A stretch of DNA of 64,000 bases from an uncultured Candidatus Saccharibacteria bacterium (GTDB lineage Bacteria; Patescibacteriota; Minisyncoccia; Phycocordibacterales; DATDWN01), in NCBI GenBank assembly GCA_964603545.1, contig CAZRVD010000002.1, forward strand, positions 46,854 to 110,853, given 5' to 3'. The notes below the pieces were generated by a model. It saw only the letters and a program-made list of their open reading frames with translations, was not told the origin of the DNA and made no database searches. Both the position numbers and the translations under genes were made by a program. Positions 55,609 to 64,000 of this stretch are shown here, piece by piece. The first letter of the stretch is position 1; each line of letters begins with the position of its first letter.

Positions 55609-56829
55609 ATGTCAAAAAAAACCATATTTACGATAACGTTTATTATTCTCCTAATAGTCCTGGCTGGACTAGTAGGATACTACCTAAATAAAAATGATGA
55701 GAGTACTCCTAATGGAACTCCAAGTATTTTTAGAAATTTTTTCCCTTTTGGTGGAAACGACCTTCCAGACAATAACGACACAACCACACCAGAGGATGAC
55801 GGTGATGTAGTAGAAGAACCTGTAGATTTTATACAAAAACTAAGGAGAATCTCTGGAGAGCCTGTGGCTGGAGCAGGACTCCTTGATGTTAAAGCAGGAA
55901 CTATTGTACGTTATATAGAAAAAGCTACAGGGCACATCTTTGAAGTGGAGCTGTTCTCTCCAAGACAAGGTAGAATATCGAACACAACAATTCCACAAGT
56001 GTATGATGCTGTTTGGGGCAACAAAAATGAATCCTTGATGGCTAGATATTTAAAAGAAGATGACCAAACAATAGACACTTATTCACTTTCTATAAAAGAT
56101 ACCAGTACTACAACGGAAAACACGATTTCAGGGATCGCATTTCCGGTAAATCTTAGCGATGTTTCGGTTTTTGGAAATAGTGTTTTTTATCTAGAGAAAA
56201 ATAGTAATTCATCGTACGGCTATATCTCCACATTTAGTGGTTCTGGTAAAAGACTTATTTGGAACTCTCCTCTTACTGAACTTACATCTCAATACGTAAA
56301 TGCAAAAACTGTAGCGCTTACTACAAAACCAGAAGAGAGCACCCCGGGATTCCTATATTTTGTTGACACTAGTACCGGATCAATTCGAAATATCCTTCAA
56401 AACATACTTGGACTTTCTGCTCTTGTTAATGACAATGCTACTGAAGTGTTGTATCTAAACCAAGGAGGTAGATCAGATTTATATTTATATAATTTAAGCA
56501 CTAGAGCAAACTTGAAACTAACGCCCTCTACTTTCCCAGAGAAATGCGTGTGGAGTAAAAAAGATAGAACTGTAGTATATTGTGCCGTACCGAGAGAATC
56601 TGTGGAAACAAATAGTCTAACCTTATGGTATAAAGGTCAAATTCAACTAACGGATGATATTTGGAAATTTGATTTAAAAAATAACTCATCAAGTATTACT
56701 CTGGACCTTAGCAAGGAGTCTGGGGAAACGATAGATGTAATAAAACCTATCTTGTCAGATAGCGAACAGTATTTGGTATTTGTAAATAAAAGAAACAACT
56801 CTCTATGGAGTTTGGACTTGAGTAAATAA
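55609..56829 (+). CDS. Membrane-anchored beta-propeller-like hypothetical protein
   Basis: N-terminal TM, beta-rich repeats, PEKCVW..YCAVP. Confidence 0.75.
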   Translation: MSKKTIFTITFIILLIVLAGLVGYYLNKNDESTPNGTPSIFRNFFPFGGNDLPDNNDTTTPEDDGDVVEEPVDFIQKLRRISGEPVAGAGLLDVKAGTIVRYIEKATGHIFEVELFSPRQGRISNTTIPQVYDAVWGNKNESLMARYLKEDDQTIDTYSLSIKDTSTTTENTISGIAFPVNLSDVSVFGNSVFYLEKNSNSSYGYISTFSGSGKRLIWNSPLTELTSQYVNAKTVALTTKPEESTPGFLYFVDTSTGSIRNILQNILGLSALVNDNATEVLYLNQGGRSDLYLYNLSTRANLKLTPSTFPEKCVWSKKDRTVVYCAVPRESVETNSLTLWYKGQIQLTDDIWKFDLKNNSSSITLDLSKESGETIDVIKPILSDSEQYLVFVNKRNNSLWSLDLSK

Positions 56830-57549
56830 TTAAACTACTGCGATGGATTTATGATATTTTCTCTTTATGTAGAGCTCTTGAACAATAGAAAATAAGTTAC
56901 TGACAAAGAGATATAGGGCAACGGCAGAGGAGATGTTATATATAATAATTGTTATAAATGGTGGTAGAAAATATTTCATTTGGAAAGACATAGCCTTTGC
57001 CATTTCACTCTGTTTACTTTTGTCTTGTGACTCTGTCTGACCAGAAGTAGCTATGCTTGTTTGAAAGTAAGTAGTAATACCAACAAGGAGAGCCAGGATT
57101 AGACTTTTTTCTGCCATATTTATAAGTCCTAAGAACATCATATCTACAGAAGGTGGAATAGAAATAAAACTATATAGAAGACTTGTGTTTATTTCCGGTA
57201 GTCCTATAAATACCCTATAAAGACCAATAAGAATTGGTATTTGAATAAGAATAATAAAAATACCAGTGAATGGATTCATCCCTTTTTCCTTATAGTACTC
57301 CATTATCTTCACCCCTTGTTCGTTTTTGTCTTTATATTTTTCCTTAATAAGAGCAAGATCTTTTTCTGCACTCTTCATCTCGAGTTGGGACCTGGAAGCC
57401 TTGATGGAGAGGGGAAGTAGTACAAGTTTGGTAATGATAGTAAATATAATAATCACCACACCAACATCAAAAAATGGTAGTAGGTTTATTAAAAATACAA
57501 GGCCACTATATAGTGGCTCGGATATGATGGTGTGAAATATTGATGTCAT
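56830..57549 (-). CDS. yidC: Membrane insertase YidC
   Basis: LLPL, GMNPF, IQIPILIGLY, LY..VSNLF; synteny with rnpA. Confidence 0.94.
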   Translation of the reverse strand: MTSIFHTIISEPLYSGLVFLINLLPFFDVGVVIIIFTIITKLVLLPLSIKASRSQLEMKSAEKDLALIKEKYKDKNEQGVKIMEYYKEKGMNPFTGIFIILIQIPILIGLYRVFIGLPEINTSLLYSFISIPPSVDMMFLGLINMAEKSLILALLVGITTYFQTSIATSGQTESQDKSKQSEMAKAMSFQMKYFLPPFITIIIYNISSAVALYLFVSNLFSIVQELYIKRKYHKSIAVV

Positions 57550-57553
57550 TTGA

Positions 57554-57901
57554 CTATATTATCACAAGAGTAGAAGAAAGTAATCCGTTGATCTCTTTCT
57601 CTAACAGAGAATAGTCCTTTTCAAAACCCTTTTTATATAAAAAGAACACAAAAAACCCAGGTTTAATCTTTTTCAAATTTCTGCTAATCACAGAATATCC
57701 TCGCCTTCTAAGTTTATTTCTGTCTACTGCTCTTTTTAAAACCTTTTTAGAAACCGAAAAGGAGAACTTGCTGTCTGGCAAACCATTGCCTACATCCATT
57801 TTAGCTAAATAAAGGGTAAAGGAAGGAGAATTATACCTCTTTCCTTGGCTCATTATTTGACCAAAATATTTTCTCTCTATTCTTCTTTTTTTAGGCAACA
57901 T
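57554..57901 (-). CDS. rnpA: RNase P protein
   Basis: SVSKKV..AVDRNKLRR. Confidence 0.93.
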   Translation of the reverse strand: MLPKKRRIERKYFGQIMSQGKRYNSPSFTLYLAKMDVGNGLPDSKFSFSVSKKVLKRAVDRNKLRRRGYSVISRNLKKIKPGFFVFFLYKKGFEKDYSLLEKEINGLLSSTLVII

Positions 57902-57933
57902 TTTGTATAGAAGTATAGTGGGTCTAAGGAGAA

Positions 57934-58071
57934 TTAGACGGTAGAAAGTTTAGTCCGACCCTTTCTTCTTCTTCTAAGGAGTGTGTTTTGCCCTGTTTTT
58001 GACTTACTTCTGGTTAGAAATCCGTGAGCTCTTGCTCTTTTTCTCTTTTTCGGTTGATATGTTTGCGACAT
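57934..58071 (-). CDS. rpmH: 50S ribosomal protein L34; not in ORF track
   Basis: [45 protein letters not shown]. Confidence 0.97.
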   Translation of the reverse strand: MSQTYQPKKRKRARAHGFLTRSKSKTGQNTLLRRRRKGRTKLSTV

Positions 58072-58182
58072 GTTTTAATGTTTAAAATTTATTGTTATTA
58101 ACACCTTGTACACACATTATTAACATAAATGAATGTATTTAACAAGTGCTATCTTTTTTTCTTTTCTATATAATATGAAACT

Positions 58183-59523
58183 ATGATGGAAAACAAAAAG
58201 CTTTGGGATGGTGTCTTGGTTGAAATGGAGTTAAATCTATCCAAACCAAACTTCAATACTTGGTTCAAAGACACATTTATAGTTAAACAAGAGAACGGCG
58301 CGGTTCACCTTGGAGTCCCAAACACTTTTGTACAAGACTGGCTCAGTAGTAAATTCCACAACACCATCCTAAAAGCCTTAAGAAACATCTCCAGTAACGT
58401 CCAATCACTACACTACACTATCTCTAGGGAAGACATGAAAGAGAGAGCTTTATCAGAGAAACCCCAACAAACCACAAGGGAGTTACCGATCGCAGATACC
58501 TATATAAATAAGGAAGACAATCTTAACCCTAGATACACCTTTGATACTTTTGTGGTCGGGCCATTTAATGAATTTGCCCACGCAGCCAGCCAAGCAGTAA
58601 TTAAAAAACCTGGAATAGTTTACAACCCGCTATTTGTTTATGGGGGAACTGGACACGGAAAAACTCACCTTATACAAGCCATGGGTAATTACTTAAAAAG
58701 TTCTGGGAATAGAAAAGTTTTTTATACTACTTCAGAAAAGTTTTCTCAGGAACTCGTTAATGCCATACAAGCAAACAGGCCAAACTTTTTTAAGGAGAAA
58801 TACAGAAAATATGATGTTTTAATAATGGATGATGTTCAGTTTTTCTCTGGAAAAATGAAAACCCAGGAAGAGTTGTTCCATTTGTTTAATCATTTATACG
58901 AGAACAACAAACAGATAATCTTCTCCTCAGATAAGCACCCAGCCCTGATCCAAGACCTTGAAGATCGCCTCAAATCCAGATTTAGTGCTGGAATGACTGT
59001 AGACATACCCACACCAGACAATGAGTCCAGAATTGCCATTATTAGAGCTAAATTGAACAGTAGTGAGTATCCGCTGTCTAAAGAGGTTATTGAGTATCTA
59101 GCATACTCAATAAATGGAAACATTAGGGAACTAGAAGGAATAATAAACTCAATAACCTGCCAGTCACAACTTAAAGGTAGAGAACTTTCACTTTCAGAGG
59201 TTAAAAATTTTGTTAAAAACAACACTAGACCTAAAAAAATAATTTCAATAAAAGAGGTTGTCAAAACTGTTTCTGATTTTTATAACATAGAAGAACAATT
59301 AATTTACGACAAGACTCGCAAAAAAGAGATTATAAAACCTCGACAAATAATCATGTATATCTTACGTGAAGATTTTAACATCTCTTTCCCTGCAATAGGG
59401 GAAAAACTTGGTGGAAGAGATCATACAACCGTTATGCACTCGTGTGAAAAAATTAAAAATGATGTAAAAACAGACGAACTTTTACTACAAGAGATAAACC
59501 AACTGCGGTCTATCTTTGTGTAA
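58183..59523 (+). CDS. dnaA: Replication initiator DnaA
   Basis: LNPRYTFDTFV, NPLFVYGGTGHGKTHL, DDVQF, GGRDHTTV. Confidence 0.98.
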   Translation: MMENKKLWDGVLVEMELNLSKPNFNTWFKDTFIVKQENGAVHLGVPNTFVQDWLSSKFHNTILKALRNISSNVQSLHYTISREDMKERALSEKPQQTTRELPIADTYINKEDNLNPRYTFDTFVVGPFNEFAHAASQAVIKKPGIVYNPLFVYGGTGHGKTHLIQAMGNYLKSSGNRKVFYTTSEKFSQELVNAIQANRPNFFKEKYRKYDVLIMDDVQFFSGKMKTQEELFHLFNHLYENNKQIIFSSDKHPALIQDLEDRLKSRFSAGMTVDIPTPDNESRIAIIRAKLNSSEYPLSKEVIEYLAYSINGNIRELEGIINSITCQSQLKGRELSLSEVKNFVKNNTRPKKIISIKEVVKTVSDFYNIEEQLIYDKTRKKEIIKPRQIIMYILREDFNISFPAIGEKLGGRDHTTVMHSCEKIKNDVKTDELLLQEINQLRSIFV

Positions 59524-59734
59524 AAGATTGTGTATAGTGTGTATATAAGTTCTTGGTAATATTGTAAAAAGTGTTAATTGTTTAAGTAGATTTATAGGTT
59601 TTATATCTTTATATATAACTTATTAACATTTCAAATCATATAAAATGGCTAATATTAAGGATATATTAATCTTTTCCAGTTTTACACAGGATATATAATA
59701 ATTAATCTTAAAAGAAATAAATTAAACTAATACT
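59524..59734. other. Probable oriC (dnaA-dnaN intergenic)
   Basis: Position, very AT-rich, degenerate DnaA boxes (TGTGTATAG, TGTGTATAT, TTATTAACA, TTTACACA). Confidence 0.7.
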
Positions 59735-60835
59735 ATGAACATAGAATGTATTAAGGACAAACTTTCATACGCTATTGGAAAAGCTGAAAAAATTACAGGT
59801 AAAAATATTACACTACCTATATTAGGTTGTGTACTCCTTGAGGCTGACAAATCAACATTAACAATAAAAGCTACAAATTTAGATTTAGGTATAGAGATAA
59901 ATATTCCTGTAAAGGTAATAAAACCAGGAAAAGTAGCTGTTTCTGGTTCGGTTTTGTATAATTTTATATCAAACATAATTACTGATAAAAATGTTTCTTT
60001 GGAGGTTGTAGATGGAAATTTAAAAGTGTCAACAAAACATTCAGAATCAACAATAAAATCATTCCCAATTGATGATTTTCCAAATATTCCAAAAGTGTCT
60101 AGTGATAATCCTTTTACATTTAACGCTCCAAATTTAATAAAAGGATTAAAATCTGTAATGTATAGTTCTTCCGTTTCAACAATAAGGCCGACACTTTCTA
60201 GTGTTTTGGTTTTATCTGAAGACGAAGAGGTTGTTTTTGTCGCAACAGACTCCTTTAGGTTGGGAGAAAAGAAGATTGGAGTAAAAAAACACAAAGATTT
60301 TAATCAAATTCTTATACCCTTTAAAAACATAGGGGAGATTATAAGAGTTTTAGAAGATATAAAAGATGATGTTTTGGTTTTTCTAAATGAAAATCAAATA
60401 GCTTTTTCTTACGGAGATATATATATTACATCGAGGGTAATAGACGGTGTTTTTCCTGATTACAAACAAATAATTCCAAAAGATACAAAAACTGAGGTTA
60501 TAGTTTTAAAACAGGATTTCATAAGCTCTCTGAAAATATCAAACATTTTCGCTGATAAATTTAGTCAAGTCACTTTCTTTATCTCTCCCAAAAATAACCT
60601 TTTTAAAGTTTCAACAAAAAATATGGATGTAGGAGAAAGTATAAGTAATATAGATGCGGTTTTAAAAGGGGAAGAATTATCTATAAGTTTTAACTATAAA
60701 TATATAGTAGACTGTTTTCAATCTATAGACAGCGATAGCATCTCTCTTTCTTTTTCTGACGCAAACAAACCAATGGTAATAAGAGGGGTTTCGGATAAAT
60801 CATTTCTCTACCTGGTTATGCCGATGAATAAATAA
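59735..60835 (+). CDS. dnaN: DNA polymerase III beta clamp
   Basis: ATNLD, ATDSFRL, FPDYKQIIP, LVMPM. Confidence 0.97.
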   Translation: MNIECIKDKLSYAIGKAEKITGKNITLPILGCVLLEADKSTLTIKATNLDLGIEINIPVKVIKPGKVAVSGSVLYNFISNIITDKNVSLEVVDGNLKVSTKHSESTIKSFPIDDFPNIPKVSSDNPFTFNAPNLIKGLKSVMYSSSVSTIRPTLSSVLVLSEDEEVVFVATDSFRLGEKKIGVKKHKDFNQILIPFKNIGEIIRVLEDIKDDVLVFLNENQIAFSYGDIYITSRVIDGVFPDYKQIIPKDTKTEVIVLKQDFISSLKISNIFADKFSQVTFFISPKNNLFKVSTKNMDVGESISNIDAVLKGEELSISFNYKYIVDCFQSIDSDSISLSFSDANKPMVIRGVSDKSFLYLVMPMNK

Positions 60836-60959
60836 AGACTTCCAAATCCGGCGAACTCCTGGTTTCAAATTTAAAAATACTCATCATCTTACTGTTTGTA
60901 AGGCTCCTCTCATTTTTAAATTCTCAACTTCGGATTTCATCCAAATTATGAAAGTCTTA
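60833..60959. repeat. ERIC-like palindrome, copy F at dnaN stop
   Basis: Reverse complement aligns with copy A along its length. Confidence 0.85.
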
Positions 60960-60969
60960 ACAAAAAACA

Positions 60970-61224
60970 ATGTTAAATATATCTAAATTTTTAGAAAAAT
61001 TTAAAAAAAATATTGAAACTGGAGAGTTGTTGAATAGTAGAATTATTGAGATTGTTAAAAATAAAACTGGGATAGTTTTAAATATTGGTGATTTTGAAAT
61101 AAAAGAAGGTGTGCTCTATTTTAAAACATCACCTATGGTTAGAAACAAACTTTTTATTTATAAAGACGATCTAATAAGAGAAACAAATCTTTTAAGTGGA
61201 TTAAAAATAGTAGATATTAGGTAG
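60970..61224 (+). CDS. Small protein after dnaN, possibly DciA/DUF721-like
   Basis: 84-aa ORF; GVLYFKTSP, ends IVDIR; position. Confidence 0.55.
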   Translation: MLNISKFLEKFKKNIETGELLNSRIIEIVKNKTGIVLNIGDFEIKEGVLYFKTSPMVRNKLFIYKDDLIRETNLLSGLKIVDIR

Positions 61225-61226
61225 GG

Positions 61227-61475
61227 TTATTGTAAACCCTGACTCATTGCCCAAAGCCTAATAGGGTATTCCCATCTTTCAAATTGAGGATCGCTCTCAG
61301 GAATAATCTCTAAGTTATCTCTAGGAGCATCCTTGTTGAGCCAGTATAAAATAGAATGGACTCCTCCAGAGAGTGTTTCCTGAACTGAATCGTAAGGAAT
61401 ATCACCACCTGTTCCATTTGGAATTACACTAGATATTCCACCTTGCCATTTACCCCTGAGAACTGGTTTTAAGTC
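61227..61475 (-). other. In-frame continuation of PBP1A beyond the amber codon, 82 aa
   Basis: ...EDY-TAG-DLKPVLRGKW...VHSILYWLNKD..DPQFERWE..LQ-TAA. Confidence 0.75.
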
Positions 61476-63404
61476 CTAATAGTCTTCTTTTTGGGGCTTT
61501 GTGAAGGACTCTGGTGGTATTGTTTTCAATACTTCATCCATAAAAGCTCTCCACATAGGGGCAACTATAAGCCCAGAGACCTTCTTTGCCATTGGCGTGT
61601 TGTCGTTATTTCCTGCCCAAGTTCCCACTACAACACTTGGTGTGTATCCAATAGTCCAAGCATCCTTATAGTCGTTTGTTGTTCCTGTTTTTACAGCAAC
61701 TTCTCTGTCTCCAAAATATATAATAGAATTAGCCCCATATAGCGGTGTTCTTGCCACGTTGTCTGAGAGGATATCCGTTATTTTTCTGGCCACTTCTGCA
61801 TCTAACACCACAGAGGGTTTCATTTTTGCCTCTTCCAAAACTTTTCCATTCCTGTCTTCAACTTTAAGTATGCTTATATAAGGGTTTCTGACTCCTTCTG
61901 TGGCAAATACTCCATAGGCTGATGTCATATCAAGGAGAGAAACTTCACCACCTCCCAAAACCAAAGTTAATCCATACTGATTTGCATTTCCAAGTTTTCC
62001 GATTCCCATATTTTGTGCGAGATTAATAGACTCTGATATACCAGCAAGATACAAAGTTTTAACGGCTGGAATGTTTATAGATTGTGCTAAGGCTTCTCTT
62101 AGCGTTATTGGACCTCTAAATTTGTCGTCATAGTTTCCTGGAGAATAACAGTCACCCTCACTTGTCATATCTTCTTTTGGACACCTCGTCGAGAATTGAG
62201 TTTTTAGATCAAACAAAACCGTGTCCGGAGTATAGCCTTTTATAAAAGCTTGTGCGTATACAAACGGTTTGAAGGTTGATCCTGGTTGTCTGTGGGCGGT
62301 GGTTACATTAAAGTTTCCATCCATTTTTGTTTCAAAGTAGTTACGAGAACCAACCATAGTAAGTATTCCTCCCGTTTTTGGGTCTAAAGCAATAAAAGCA
62401 TCATTTGTTCCATTGAAGTTTTTTTCATTTATCTCAGCATATTTTAGAGCAATGGCCTCAGCCTTAGCTTGCAGATCGTAGTTTAAGGTTGTAGTTACTC
62501 GTAATCCTCCTTGCTCTAAAACATCTTTGCCGTATTTTTTCTCCAAATAATCTTTTACAAACATTACAAAATGAGGAGCTTTTATGCCGGTAGAACTCTT
62601 GGGTAAGAAATTTACCTGCTCTTTTGTTGCCTCATCAAACTGTTCCTTGCTAATTTTTCCATCTTCCAACATTTCCTCTAAAACAACATCTTTTCTATCA
62701 TCCAGGTCTTTTTTGTGGGTTCCGTACGGGGAATAGTAAGATGGGGCCTGCGGGAGTGCAGCTAAGTACGCTGCTTCAGCCAAAGTAACCTCTTCTGATG
62801 ATTTTCCAAAAAAGGCCTGACTAGCTTCTTCTACACCGTAGATTGTTCCTCCAAAAGGGTTTTCATTTAAATACATACTGAGTATCTGGTCCTTTGAAAT
62901 TAATTTTTCCAGCTTTAAAGCAAGAACAATTTCCTTTAACTTTCTAATTGGTCCACCAAGAAACGACTTATCTCCTGTTAAAATTGAATTTTTAACAACT
63001 TGTTGAGTTATTGTTGATCCACCTTGTGAGTATTCTCCACTAACGGCGTTAACTATGATAGCTCTTAAAAAAGACGTCGGCTTGAAACCTTTGTGTGTGT
63101 AAAAATCTTTATCTTCTATTGATATCGTGGCATCTTTAATGTTTTTTGAAATATTTTCAATCGGAACTATTGTTCTCTTTGTTTTGTTGTATACATCGTA
63201 CAGAAGCACCTCACCTGTATTGTCATATATTTTTGTAGATTGGCTTACTTTTCTCTCCTCAATAGTGTCTAAAGAGGGGATTTTGAAGGTGGATGCCCAA
63301 ATAGTCATTAACCCCACAAGTATGATACCTGAGGACAATAGAAAAATAACAACATTTCTAACCCCGTGTTTTTGTATGGGATTTGTATACCTTTTTTGAG
63401 ACAT
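61476..63404 (-). CDS. Class A penicillin-binding protein (PBP1A)
   Basis: IEDKDF..H.G, GGSTITQQ, STFK, SIN, KTGT. Confidence 0.95.
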   Translation of the reverse strand: MSQKRYTNPIQKHGVRNVVIFLLSSGIILVGLMTIWASTFKIPSLDTIEERKVSQSTKIYDNTGEVLLYDVYNKTKRTIVPIENISKNIKDATISIEDKDFYTHKGFKPTSFLRAIIVNAVSGEYSQGGSTITQQVVKNSILTGDKSFLGGPIRKLKEIVLALKLEKLISKDQILSMYLNENPFGGTIYGVEEASQAFFGKSSEEVTLAEAAYLAALPQAPSYYSPYGTHKKDLDDRKDVVLEEMLEDGKISKEQFDEATKEQVNFLPKSSTGIKAPHFVMFVKDYLEKKYGKDVLEQGGLRVTTTLNYDLQAKAEAIALKYAEINEKNFNGTNDAFIALDPKTGGILTMVGSRNYFETKMDGNFNVTTAHRQPGSTFKPFVYAQAFIKGYTPDTVLFDLKTQFSTRCPKEDMTSEGDCYSPGNYDDKFRGPITLREALAQSINIPAVKTLYLAGISESINLAQNMGIGKLGNANQYGLTLVLGGGEVSLLDMTSAYGVFATEGVRNPYISILKVEDRNGKVLEEAKMKPSVVLDAEVARKITDILSDNVARTPLYGANSIIYFGDREVAVKTGTTNDYKDAWTIGYTPSVVVGTWAGNNDNTPMAKKVSGLIVAPMWRAFMDEVLKTIPPESFTKPQKEDY

Positions 63405-63441
63405 TCTTCATATTCTAACACATTTATGATAAAGTGATTAA

Positions 63442-64000
63442 ATGTTTAGTTTACTAAAACCTAAAATCGTGGCCAGTGAGTCCGAGATAGAAGAGCTGCT
63501 TTCTCGTGGTATTGAAAATATTTTTCCCAATAAGGACTTTTTAAAATCAAAAATGATGAGAGGGGAAAGGGTTACCTTGTACCTAGGAATAGATCCAACT
63601 GGTCCAAATCTCCACCTAGGACACGTTATACCAATGCTTAAGCTCAGTGGGTTCCAGAAAATGGGGCATCAAATAATTTTACTCATGGGAGATTTTACTG
63701 CCATGATAGGAGATCCAACGGATAAAACCGCAACGCGTAAAAAATTAACAAGAGCAGAAGTTTTGAAGAATTTAAAAAATTATAGGAGACAAGCTTCTAA
63801 GTTTATAAATTTTTCTGGAGGAAACAAGGCGGAGTTCAAATTTAATTCAAAATGGCATGATAAATTAAAGTTTTCTGATGTGCTTGAGTTGTCTTCAAAT
63901 TTTACCGTTCAGCAAATGCTTGAAAGAGAGATGTTTTCTCAAAGAATGAAGGAAGGAAAACCAATAAACCTTTCAGAGTTTATGTACCCTCTCATGCAAG
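63442..64000 (+). CDS. tyrS: Tyrosine-tRNA ligase, 5' part
   Basis: YLGIDPTGPNLHLGH, GDFTAMIGDP, FNSKW, EFMYPLMQ. Confidence 0.97.
   Translation, partial: MFSLLKPKIVASESEIEELLSRGIENIFPNKDFLKSKMMRGERVTLYLGIDPTGPNLHLGHVIPMLKLSGFQKMGHQIILLMGDFTAMIGDPTDKTATRKKLTRAEVLKNLKNYRRQASKFINFSGGNKAEFKFNSKWHDKLKFSDVLELSSNFTVQQMLEREMFSQRMKEGKPINLSEFMYPLMQ

Noticed and set aside
1099-63399. Many short ORF-track entries antisense to or overlapping long genes
   Set aside because: Shadow ORFs of well-supported genes, with no motifs or start signals

Overview
AT-rich bacterial chromosome segment in standard genetic code 11 (TAA, TAG and TGA all end genes). Gene content and style point to a Patescibacteria/CPR (Parcubacteria-like) genome; this is an inference. 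The right end holds the origin region (yidC-rnpA-rpmH / dnaA-oriC-dnaN, PBP1A, tyrS). The window also has housekeeping genes (recJ, pgk, tpiA, nusA, ppa, tig, rsmE, clpP, rny, hup, cca, xth, xer, rpsO, comM, pcrA, rsmA), four tRNAs without encoded CCA, a type IV pilus locus, a VirB4/PrgI/VirB6/pilin T4SS-like cluster, and a four-gene cohesin-dockerin surface-protein operon. Main signals: (1) a mini-cellulosome-like cohesin/dockerin assembly with one glycosidase-like cargo; (2) six or seven ~120-bp ERIC-like palindromes, each at a stop codon and in one orientation relative to transcription; (3) six self-contained, mostly GC-richer promoter-body-terminator cassettes, three encoding proteins with Shine-Dalgarno sites and three apparently structured ncRNAs, in a genome whose core genes look leaderless; (4) a T4SS pilin fused to an M15-like Zn peptidase; (5) a parS-like cluster partly inside coding sequence; (6) an in-frame amber codon in PBP1A. 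All calls come from reading the sequence by eye; no database search was run.
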